Assembly: GCF_000002075.1 (NCBI RefSeq)
Contig: NW_004797353.1
Coordinates: forward strand, 279,677-343,676
Length of the DNA: 64,000 nt
Source: Aplysia californica
Taxonomy: Eukaryota
Reading direction: 5' to 3'
A model generated the notes under the pieces. The model did not search any database. It was not told where the DNA came from and was given only the letters and a program-made list of their open reading frames with translations. Shown here one piece after another: positions 1-12,900 of the stretch (positions are counted from its first letter, which is position 1; each line of letters starts with the position of its first letter). Position numbers and translations under genes: made by a program.

Positions 1-440
1 TTTTCTCTTTTCGGATTTTCCCTGCCTTGCGTGATAAAAACTGCAATATCTCGGAAACTATAATAGATAAAACCCTCAAATAAAAAGCGAAATACTCAGG
101 GGAAGCTGTAGAATAATATGAGGTAGAAATCTCAATTTTCATATTTGGACCCATGTGAATGGTTTTTGCAGCTCCCCACACATTTGCACATTACATATAA
201 TGCATCTCATCAGTTAACACAATAGTTCATGATAAAAAAAGGCTTAACTTCAAATGCGTTTTTCTCAAATTCTCAAATCGCACGGTTCCTTACTTCAAAA
301 TGCCATAACTCCGTTATCAATTGAGATATTTGAAAAATTTAAACAGTGCCATGTAGAGAAATGAAAGGGCTGTCAAGTGGCACCATCAGTTAAAAAACAT
401 AAAAAATTACATTGTGCCTGGTTTTCCCAGGCCACCACAC
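1..440. mobile_element. Terminal part of a DNA transposon, possibly Sola-type, cut by the window edge
   Basis: Subterminal-like sequence ends ...TGCCTGGTTTTCCCAGGCCACCACAC and is followed by AAAT, which fits an AWWT target site. The other end is not in the window. Confidence 0.3.
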
Positions 441-946
441 AAATAGTCTCTGTGGTCAATTTTGTACGACAATGGAGAATCACTTGGCAGGAAGTGAAAA
501 AAATGTAAACAAACCAAGTTGCTACAGTGGAGAGGAAGTTGAACTACAGAACAAAATGGCTGCCACTGAACGTACACAGGAAAGGGTTAAAGAATAATCA
601 TGCAGTCTAAGCAGAGTTATGTTCCTTTTGCCAGTATGTCAGCCTTGTTGGGCAGGGATAGCTCTGAGGTTGAAAGGGTTAAAATCTAAACAGTAAATTT
701 AAGAAATACAGCACTTTGAAATATACACCCTGAATTACAATTCGCATAGTGTGGCTGCCCTAGGACGGGCACAGAGTCCATGGAGATACTGTCAGGATAA
801 AAAGAGTTGAAGAGTTAATTACGACAGTAAAGAATTAAGTCTCTCTCAATAGCACAAATCCATGCTGAGAAAAAATGAATAAATAAATAGGCAAAGTGGC
901 CCACATTTTCATTCACTACTTACTCTCAACTACAAAATGACCAATA

Positions 947-3900
947 TCACGTATTGAGAAGCCCTTTGAAATGTCTGGGAAGTATGCAGATGACATCAGT
1001 ATTTTGGTTGACCAGCTGTTGCAGCTGCTCCAAGTTCTGTAGCTGCATCTGTCTCAGAGTTTCTTCCAGGTCCTCCACTCTTTCTCTTAACGCTTCGGTT
1101 TTTTTGTTCACCTGTGAAATTTAAGAATGTTAAACAAGTGTGAGCATTTTGAGATTAGAATATGTGTCACGACGCGGTGGAATCAGGCGCTCGCCAATTT
1201 TGGAGCATGTGGAGTTATAGGTATCATAATAAAGGTTATTCCTATTGTCTTGCCTTTGAAGAATAAAAAATCCATCTATCTCTTTGCCATTGAAGGAGGA
1301 GGGGGTCGCTTGCTTTCAGAGATACAATTAGCAAGGAAATGGTTGCCAAAGTTTTGTTAGAGAGTCTATGGAAAGCAAAAATTTGATTTTCAGTAAAATC
1401 TATACAGAAATGTGTTTTTGAATGGACATTAAAGGTGTTGAGACAAAAACTGCCAAACAGACAGAAAAAGCCAGTATCTTCAATTTCATTATTTTGACGA
1501 GCGCCTGATTTCACCATGATTCCTCACAAATGGTCGAAATTGTTTGAGACTGCCATCCATTGTTGAGGAGAAAAGTGGTTGTCATAGGCAATTGAACATT
1601 TTGAACAGGAGGATTATTATTGGGAAGTGACCATTTGTACAGGAGATTGTCTAGGACAGGAGGCCACACAGTAGGTTTGACAGTATCTGAATCTGTACGT
1701 GACCAACACTAGTTATGTTCTGTGATCTTCTTACAGCGTTAAGGCCCTGTCAACAAAATTGTAATCATTTAAATAGAAGATGGCACGCTTTGAGTCTACC
1801 CATAAGAGCATAAATGCCAGTTCTGACATTACAGACTTTGTTGTTCCAAGTTAAGGCAAAAGGTTCAGATGGTAACTTTCTAGCAAATTTAGGGTGAAAT
1901 TGACTCTTTCCTCACAACAGTTGACATTCATCTTCCATTTCAGTACCATGCAGTAATCATACCCACACCTTTAGTATTCAACTGTTATACAATCACCATC
2001 AAAATCTAGCCTATATCTCGAAGATTCACGACAAGATAGCCTCAAACCCACTGAAGAGAAGCACGCGTCAGAACAGTAAACAATGTAATTCAATAAAATG
2101 AAGTTTCAACTGGAAACAACTCGCTTTAGAGCTATGTTGTCCAAACAGCATTTAACTACAAAGTGCACTTTTGACCAAAAAAAGTTATGTGGTGACAAAC
2201 TGCTAAAGAATGAAAAAAAGGACTTACTGCATTAGTCAAAATATTCAGCTTGCCAGCTTTAATACTCCTCTCTGACTGGAGTTGAAACTTAAATCGGGAG
2301 GAACTCAGAGGAGCGGCTTCCTCTTCTGCGGACTGTTCTTGTTGGGATTCCTCCGCCAGCAGAGTTGAGGCGCCTGCTGACAAGGTGGGGCCAATACCAC
2401 AAGAGGCGAGGCGAGATGACAGCTGAACCAAATCTCTGTCCATCAACATTGTTGTGACCTCACGCTCCACCTGGGAGACTTTCTGACTCTAAAAGGTTGA
2501 AGAAAGGAAGGGGATTGAATTGGCTACAACAATTATCTTGTCTAATGGCAATAAGCTACAGGTCCTGGTTTTGATCCCATCTCTAATATGTTTTTCAAAT
2601 AGTAGATTGCCACAATTTAGGTCACTTGGGGGCTGAGCTTGTTTGACCCAGTCAGTCAGGGACAACCCACCCTGAGAGGGATTCTATGTCCCAGAAGAAA
2701 AATAGATATATACTCCATAAAAATTCTCTCCCTCACCGGAACCAAACTCACTTTTCCAGCCTAACTGCTACACCACAGATAGTAAAGGTAAAAGCATAAC
2801 TAGAATATAAGTGTAAGAGAGAAAGCATTTACAAACATTTCCTTTTATCAATACTGGATCCTTTACATGATGATAGAAGTCACAATTACTTCCCTTGATT
2901 TTCTTCTGTATCTTCCTTATTTTTGGTTTTCATAGTTTATCTGAATTACAAATGTGTCAAATGTGTTCGGGATAATCATTCTCTACTGTAGTACGATAAA
3001 AATGTTCTTGAGAGATTCAAACCTTTCTAAAGACTATTTGTTCCATCCTCTCTATGTCCTCTTCATGTTTCAGGATGGCTTCCCTCAGTTCCGTCCGGGC
3101 AGCGTCGATATCACGCCCTATCGTACTCGGCACGGGCAAATACACAAGCTCCTCTTCCTCCAAAGACAGGAGTGTTTGCTGTGGATCTCCTTCCTGAATG
3201 CTGAGGTCCAGAACACTGTCCTGAAACAAATATACCATAAACATGAACTTTGTACAGAATGTTTGCATTTTAAGCATGGGTCTCAACTAAGAATTTTTAA
3301 AAAGGAGGAACTTTCCGAGTGATCCCGACAAAAGCCCATTTTCGCGAGACACCCACTATTATTATACTGTGGGACCCTAGAATGTTGAAATAAAAACAAT
3401 CAATTTATCAAAGCAAGGTTATTTCATACCAGTTAAAGGGTTTGGAAGATAATTTCAAGTAAGAGTCATTTACCAAATATTTACAATCTTGATTACGTAC
3501 AGAAAGTGGAGGCGCACTGTGGTCTTGCGCGACTTATTTATATTGTACCTTCATCACATTCGCCTAAATATAAACTATATAAAAATGAATCTTGTTTTGA
3601 GCCTGGGAAAAGGCTTAGAACCAGAATATCGACTGTCATGAACCAGTCTGGGTGTAATGATTCATATAATAAACGTGAAAGACAAAATTAATGCTCAAAC
3701 TCAAAGTAGAGTACATGTAATAACTTGAATAGCTCAAGTAAACCTATTCAGTGTGAGAGGTGTAAGAACTGTGGGAGGGCAAGATACAGTGACAATGAAA
3801 ATCTGCGAATCTCGAACAAAAAGCTAAAATATAGAGACATAATTTACTGTCACCCATCCAATGAAACGCGAATACTTAGGCCCCGGCCCTAAGTTCATTA

Positions 3901-6900
3901 ACACGCTTACAAGTAGTTATGACCGATCCCGATTATACACAAGGCATGCACAAACGCGCACTTTACTTTGCAGAGAGCTGTAGTGGATCTAGTAATCAAA
4001 ATTCTAAATATTAGAATTTGCTTCCAATTTCATTTCTTTTTTTTTGTCCTCTTGTGTTGCGTCCAGCCCTCCCCCCACCCCGGAGTGTGTCTTTTAAAAA
4101 AAATCAATAATCTCCCCCCATTCCGGAGTCCCGTACTTCACAGCACTCAGAACGCATGCAGGTTCATTGACCGGTCACAATGACGAGCCCGACAAAACGC
4201 TTGTATAACTTTCTTTTCTTTTTTGCCCCCCACAAGCGACAGCACAATGACGAACATTATTTTCATGGCGACACCACGTTTGTAATGCAGAACCTGCATG
4301 TTACAAATGTTGCGTATTCAGACTTTTAACAGACACATTTCTGAGATCTTGATTTTCCGGTCGAGCCTCGGAGTCACATACAATTCCGCTTGCCGCCATA
4401 GCCGCCTGTTCGCGTGAAACTTACTCTCACACTGGGAAAAGCCGAATTAACATCACAATTGCGTCCGCCAAAAATGAACTTAAAGACGTTATCGGATTTG
4501 GTTTTCAAATAATATTCGAGATCTTTTATGTATTTTCCCGCATCTCTGCGATTTTTTTTTTCAAATTCCCGGGTAATTCCCGAGGCCTGGCAGTCATTCT
4601 GCTCCCAGCAACTCTCTTTCTGATTGACCCGCTTTCGCAGTAGTGGAGTTTAGCGGAGGACAAGGCGGTAGCGGAAATCCGCTAAATAGCGGAATATTGA
4701 GACCCATGTTTAAGGAAACAGTGGAGGGTAGGGGGAGCAAAAAAAAGGGGGGGCCAATCGAGCTTGTTCTTCAAGAACCCTTTAACTTGGATCATGCACA
4801 ATTACTCCGAAAAGGGAGTGCAGAAAAAAAGTATTAAACACAGTATTCTGTAAAAAAAATAAATAATAATTCTAGACAGCTCATTTCCTAATAAGAAACA
4901 ATTTTAAAAAACAACAAAAAACAATGCTTTCCGGGACGCATTTCAAAGTAGCAATCAGAGATATGTGTATACTTCTAAACCAACATAACGTGCAAGAAAC
5001 ATCCCAGTGGAAACCTTTATTTGTGACAACTATAAATAATTCACTCAGAGGGCAGTACCGGGTGACATTCCATTGCAAACCTAGGAAGTGCTGCCCTGAT
5101 CATGGACAAATATTTGACAGAATTTCTTTGAAAACCCAAATATCCCCTTAAGCTATTCATATATTTAAGAAAGCCACTGTTCTGCTTCACTCACATTACT
5201 TCTGTGAGTAATTTCTAAAATGAAAACAAAATATTTTCAAACTACAAATTCGAATGAATTTTCTAACTACACAAAGAAAACTATCCATTCACTCAAACCC
5301 TCTAATGATGAATCACCCTTCTGAGCTGTCAAAGACACAAAAACGAACATAAAAGTAAAATGCTCTCGAAATATTAAATAGTCCCTTTAAACTGAACACA
5401 GTTAATCCTACAACTGCGGTAAAACGGTAAAAAAAATCCCTGTTTTTTTCATTGTCTATTTGAGTATGATAACCTCTTTAAACCAAAAAGCCAGCGAAAC
5501 TGGAAAAAAAAAAAAAAAACCAGTAGCCCTGTAGATTTGGGCTTAAGTAGACTCCACAGTAAGCATTTTTATCTTTACAAGTGTGCTGAAATGTACTACT
5601 CACCAGCCACTGCCAGAAAATGTGTTCTTTGTCTTTCCAGTCCAGCAAATGTTTCAGCTGCTCATTATCTTGCTCCAGCTCCTCCAACATCTGATCGAAT
5701 AAAGGAGAACATTCAAATCAATAGAGCTGTAGGACCATCCCATTGACAACGCAGTGAATATCAGCTTTTTTTTTAAGTTAGTGTTTTACGGCACTTGCAA
5801 CACAATAAGGTCATATAAGATTAGAGGTGTTACAAGAGAGTAACAAACACAAAAAAGAAGAAGGGGAGATAAAGACGACAGATGTTTGATAGGAAAGAAG
5901 AAGCAAACCGCACCAGAGCACCCGCCAACGACCCACATATCAGCTTTATTTTTATTTTTTTTAGTGCCCACTTTTCAAATTTCTGGTTCAACTATAATTT
6001 GCTTTCAAAGGAGGTTTTTTTTCTCTCTCTGTCCACTGATGCCATCTCAAGTGTGGGACTATCCTAAACTCCATCTAATGGTGAGAACAGAGCTGAATGT
6101 ATCCCACTTTGTTTTCACTGTAACCATAGACACTACGGTACACAGAGAAAAACTGAAGGTCAAACTCAACTAATATATTAGACATCAGGCTAACAGGAAT
6201 AATTTGCAATTTACTTTAAAATCTTCAATAACCAACATTATCTCGTATGTGAAAAATACAACTCACATTTTATAATCAAATGAAAAAGCTTGTACATACG
6301 TGCTTCATAGCCCCTGGATGTCTCAATAAGTACACCTCTAGAGTGGTCAAATGGTCAAGCTCTGGCTGCAGGTTAACACCTTTAGTGTACATATGAACCT
6401 GGACGAAAGAAAGAGAGAAAAATCATTTGACAACACGATTACATATAGCCAGTATTAAAAAACTGCATTTTACTTGACCCATCACATCCTCTTTCCACAC
6501 AAATTTTAGATCACATACCACCAAGAACAAAAAAGGAAAGATAAAAGTTTCCTACTATCTGTGATAATTTTTATATCAAATATCTATAATCACTATCATA
6601 TGATTATTAATTTGTACTGCTGTTGATTTTTTCATCTATTAACATTATACAAACATATCTCTATGAATGTCAAAATCTGCGATAAATTCTTCCATATGGT
6701 ATGAGATATGCATCTGATGTAACATGGCATTATTGCCAACTTTTATTTTTCTCATCATACTGAAATTCTTTTCTCAAAGTCATATACAATTTGATTTCTA
6801 TAAACAGCTTTAGCATCTCTGTAGTCGTACCAGCATGCCACATACTGCTGATACATTTACAAGACAGTAGAGCTCAAAGCACTTTCAAGTTTCAATTTTT

Positions 6901-9900
6901 TTTAAATACATAATTGGACCATGAATGGGACTGAAGATTTACGTACAGTGTAAAATATTTATACAATGATGCACTGAGATCATCAGCATCAATTTAAACA
7001 ATGCATCTCCATTATATCTATGATATGACACTTGTAAAAATGCTTACTGATCTAGTAATTTTTGCCATCTCCTGCTGAACAGCAAAAAGACGCCTAAGAG
7101 ATAGTTGCAGTTTCCCACACAGTACTAGCTGTTTCTGCAGCTCCTCTTTACTAGAGACAGTCGAACGGTGGCTTTCAGGTGGAGACTTTTCCAGCTCTGG
7201 AGTTTTTGACTGCATAAAAATAATACAATACGATAAAAAGAAAAAAACAACCCAAAGTTGATAGTAATAGATATTTAAAAAATTATAACTTTATCATCTT
7301 TATTTTCTCTTCAGGATATCCATGCAAATACACTCACACATACTTTTTAAAAATTACAATGGAGACGAGGGACTGACATAAAGGTATCATAAAATACAAG
7401 GACCCAAATAATAGCGTTTTTACTCTTTAAAAAAATACTACAAACCTTTTCAAAACAAATTAACAGCATCAAATTAAGTCAAAACATAACCCAAAATACA
7501 TAAAGTACCGGGGGGGGGGATATTGAACTGTATTTACCCTTGTCTCGATAAATGTTAACAAGTGTTGATACAAAGGGTTGGTTCGCTTCGAGATGACCTG
7601 ATCAAACAGTTTCTGTGAATGAACGACCCAGCCTACCGCCAGTAGGAGCTGACGACTCCCATAGGACATGTCCACCGGCAGCTGAGACAGTCCCGGATTC
7701 AAGTAGCCCCATTTCTGGAGCTGTGATTTCACCCTCTCAACAGCAGCAGCTGAAAATGATTACACAACACCTTTCAAAAGCAATAATCAATATCATTATC
7801 ATAAGCAGCCTACTGCAATTTCCACTTAAGGTGCCACTATCACTTTGACTGGCCAGAGACTCTGCTTTAAAAAAATACCCAAGTTTTTTTTCTGCCTTAC
7901 TAAAAGAAGAGATCTGAAATTTGCTTATGAACATTGGGTCTCTAGCCTATTTGTGCCAGAAGCTTGATCAAATTCACAAGTCATTTCTCTTTTGGTAAGT
8001 GAGAGCACTTATTTGAACTGGAAAGGGGAAGAAAGAATAAAATGGAAGTTTTAACAGTTTTACTGCATTTGCAAAACAAATACCTCACTAAAAGCCAAAA
8101 ATAAGAGGTGCTACTAGAGAGCAATACAAAGAAAGGAAGGAGAACAGACAATAAGGAAGATAGATTTTTTTATAGGAAAGAAGGAGCAAAGTATACCACA
8201 GCATCTATCAACCACCCACAGGTATTCCTTGCCCTGAAGGATCATTGGCTGCTCTGCCTAATCCAACAAAGATTCTGATTAGCTCAGAGGAGAGATAAGG
8301 ATGATAGATGTTTGATAGGAAAGAAGGAGTAAACCACACCAGAGCACCTGCCAACCACTCATCCACTGGAAATCATAGGTTTCCCTGATCCACAACACCA
8401 GACATTACTGCAGACATTACAGGCGAACAGGCTCCCAGGCTGCTTTACAATAGGAAGGATACAGATACTTGGCAAATGAAAAGTGTAGAAGAGCACAAAA
8501 GACATGGAGAAGCAAAGATGATACAAGTTTGAGCTAATCTCCCCAACACTAGTTTTAATAAGAACAGGCTATTAGACAAGTCACCCCTTAAGATCTTAAG
8601 ATCACCACCCCCTTCCCCCCCCCCCCCCCCCCCCCCCCCCTCGTCCTCTGCCAATTCCTCTCCAAAAAATAAGCATGGACAGTCTAAGCATGGACAGTTT
8701 TCTTTTCATCAGTACCTGTTTTGTTAAAAGTGACACGGCACTCCTTCCCATTAGGGGACTTTCCATCACAGTAGCAAATGATGTCATGCAGAAGCTCCCA
8801 CAGTGGCTCTATCTGGAATTGTAAACAATTTGGAAACATCATAGCTGGTGAAACAACATCTATAAAATAATATTTTTTTTCATCATAGCTTTTCCTTTAA
8901 GTCCATAAGCAGGCAATCTAATAACTATCGGGTGGCTTCTTTTTTTTTTTATAGACCAGATAGATACTTTGATAGAAATTGTGAGGCCCCCACCATACCC
9001 CACTACTGGCCTCCTTCACTCAAGACCATGCTCTCTTTTTCCATTCTGCTTTTAGACATATTATATCAAAAAGTGAAAAAGTGGCTGCCAAAAGTAATCA
9101 CTCTCTTAGAATATAAAGGCCAAAAATTCTGAAGTTAATAAAACCACAATATGTCATGGAATTAGAACTACAAAACACAATGTATTAGAATTAAGAGTGA
9201 AAGACAGCTGATATGATTTTCTATTTGTCTGTATAGAATCTGCTTTTTATTGTGATAATTTAATTTAGAAAAAAAAAATGGGTAAAGAATTAAACCTCTA
9301 TCGAAAATATGTCCTCCTCCTGTAAAATACTAATGGCTACTAACTGTTTCACCACCATACTGAATACAGAGGCTCATTTGGTATTTCTCTTGGTGTGTTA
9401 GTATGGCAATGTCACAGCTTTTAGTTTAGTTTTAGTAAGAGTTTTACGGCACTTGCAACACAATAAGGTCATATAAGTGCCGAAGATTAGAGGTGTTACA
9501 AAAGAGTAACAAACATAAAAAAGGAGGGGAGAAGAAGACGATAGACGTTTGATAGGAAAGAAGAAGCAAACCACACCAGAGCACCCGCCAACCACCCACT
9601 GTCACAGCTTTAAACACACACTTCACAAACATTTAATAAATAATACAAATGTAAATGTCAACATTCCATGAGCGAAACATTTTTTTACTTTTTGAATATT
9701 GGTTCAAAAACAAAAATAGTGGGAACTTTTTTTTTAAATTATAAAAAGGAAAGGAAACCAGGACCAAACCATTGAAGAGAGACTCAATGTAATGTATACA
9801 CACATTACCTTAGCATTCAAGAATGAAAAAAGTTGAAATTGAACATCTTACATTTTCTGGGGCAAAGAAACAGAAAATGCATGAAACACAAAAGTTGAAA

Positions 9901-12900
9901 TTTTAACACTTCACTAATTTTATATAAGGAAATAACCCACCAATGATATTCTCATTGAAATATACAGAAATTGCAATATATGTTTTCATGACATCACAGG
10001 TAGATGTAAAAAAACAAACATTGCTTGCAAAAGGTCCAATCAGAAAAATAAACAGTCTAGATGTTTAATTGTTTTAACCTTATAAATCGTGCACATAAAA
10101 ATATCATGAAAATTGAGCAATAATGAAAGTTTAAGAACTGTTTTTAACTTACAACTGAAAGTATTCCTTTGACTCACTTGGTATGAAACACAAAATTTTT
10201 GGCATTTAAATTTTATTACAAAAAAGATTGATGAAGATTACCAAGGACAGGTAGGTCTTTTTCCAAAGAAATCTGTTTTCCTCAAAATATATTTTTTTAA
10301 AGGCCTGTTTACCTATGAAAAAAATGTCCTACAGCTCCACAGGCGCTGAAGATTTTTTTTCTATACTTGACTGTAATGAAGCATTTCAGATGAAGCAGCA
10401 TGTGTCCACTGTTCGTTCCTTTTTTCCCCCCATGTAGCCAGTTGAAATGTTAAACTAATTTATGTATGACACTGCGAAAATCCACCACAGAGGTACCGCT
10501 GTTTTTGCAGGGCCGGAAGGTCTTTCTATTCATTATTGTAAAAGCCAAGAAGTACAAAGTCAACTCCATTTCTTAAATAAAGGTCAAAAGAGCATTTCGT
10601 TTTTATACGGTTTAAACAAATTCTTCCAGTAGTTCATTGCTTTTTCTCTCCTGTATTACCTGTCCTGGGCAACAACGTCATTGCACACCGAACAGGTCCA
10701 TCAGTGCTCAATTCCTCTCAGCACCAAAGCCCGCAAGGTATCCATACTGATTGTTCCAGTAGCTGGCTGTCTGATTATGGCGACGTCTATCCTTTCCAGA
10801 TAATCGCTCCTTTCTTCCTTCTCCCCTCTCTATCCCCATTTCCCGCATCCTGATGATTGCGTGGTGATCTGCTGTCTTCCTGATCCCATCCTCATCTCTC
10901 CTTTGCAGCACAATCTCTCATTTTGCATTTCAATGATTTCCCAACATTCTTAGAAAAGAACACAGAAGTTTCAGCTTAGACACTCACTCCATGAAGTTAT
11001 TAATGGCTTTGTCTGTGATGCTTTGTCGTTTCAAAGATCACCCATGAGAAACTCAAAATGAAGTCTTCTCTAGAAGACATGTTTATGGAGGTGTCCAAAA
11101 CCTGTTGTCCTTTTTTAGAGTGCCATCTTCATACATTTCATTCTCCATTTTTGATACAGAACTGTCTTCCTTGTTGCAAATCGCAAATGCAATAGGAACC
11201 CCCTCGCCCGACATATCAGCAACAACAACAGATATTAAGGGATAACTATGCTGTGTTGTAGAATGTGTTGAGTCAATGTACTTACAGTTAAAACAGTTCT
11301 TCTTCATACTTTCTCTTTGAAATGGAGATTGAATGCAAAGTAAAAAATCATCTTTACCTGAATTATTAACTTCATCTTTTTCCCCTGGAAGCTTTAAATA
11401 AATAATTGGATAATCCCCCTTTTTTTAAAGTTCTTCATCTCACAGACGGACACTGCAAGCAACATTTGAATCCTTGCGTGCATGGAAAATCTTAAACTCG
11501 TGTTTAATGTTCTGTGTATCTTTCCGAGCAACTACAATGATCCCTGTCGATTGAATCCACCCCTTCTCTAATATCGCTAAGGATTTTGACCTCAGTAACT
11601 CCAGCAGCTAGCTTGGCAGCAATGTAGCAGCGCAGGCCAGCTGATAATTTTAGATGGCACAAGTCTTTGCCATGGCCAGTATGGTCTAAACAATATACTA
11701 CAGTCACTTCTCCAGTGACCACGTGTTTACGGACTACTGTCAAATGACAGGTGCATTTTCCCTCCAGTTTAAAAGATCCTTGAAGCTTGAAACAACGAAT
11801 CCGCCTATCTGTTTCCAATTGGAATTTAACTTGGAACGATTACAGTAATAAAATTCAGTCACAAAATCAATCTTTTTCTTTGCGGTCCCTCGTTGCTTCA
11901 CAGAATGAGTGAAAGTTATTTTCTCAGTTTCTGAAAGCCAGACTTCAAATTCAGGATAAGATTGAAATTTTTTTTGAATGAATGGTCAAATTTTTGCTAT
12001 GTGCTTGATCAAGCCCCTTACAGAATCGGAAGAAAAGAGGCATTCTTGATAATGCCAGTGAGTGTTTTCATATGGTAAGTCAATACCATTGTGGAAAACC
12101 TTGATGTGTCTTTGGAGGGAAGAGCGTCAGCTTAGAATGAGTAAGGACATGGGGCCTGCTTGACAGTTCCTTTCTGACCTGTTTCAGCTATCTTGGTCTT
12201 GTCCGTCCCTGTTGTTTTCGTCTTGTCTGTCCCTGTTGTCTCTTCAGTCCTTGTTGTGCTTGTATTGTCCGTAGGCCTATCTGTTGTCTTGTCCGTTCCT
12301 GTCGTCAATGTCTTGTTTATCCCTCTCATCTTGTCGGTTCCTGTTGGCATCTGCTGGCTGGAGCCCAATTGTGTCTGCTGCTGACCGCTGGAGGTGCTCG
12401 CTTATGACTAGGAAGCCATGTTGGTGGTACTGCCTTTCGTTTCCAACCTTGCTGCTGATGTGCTCAGTCAGGGACCTGAGATGTCGGTAGCAATGTTGAC
12501 CTCCTCCATAGCGTGCCAGCAAAAAAGTACACGCCTTAAATAACGAGCGTACTGTGTTGGACAGTGCAGGTAAGTTTCAAAGTCAAAGACTGGGGGCCTG
12601 TCAGCAGCTAGTACAATTCTTCACTGCTGCCAGCAATGACAGCAGTGATGATGGCAACAACACCACACACATTCCCACACGTTTGAAGCGAATAGTTCAG
12701 GCACATGACGGAGCATACATGCCTGCCGTTGCATGGGTGGTGAGCCAACAACAGATTAGTTGGCTGTAGGGCCCCACACCCAAGGAAGTGAAGATAGGGA
12801 GGGGTTTATCTCTGTCATGAGAACTTCTGGCAGATCCTATCCCAGGCTGTCGCAGTACAGCAGCTTTGGAGCCTCCCGCTTCTATATGTCCACCACAGCA

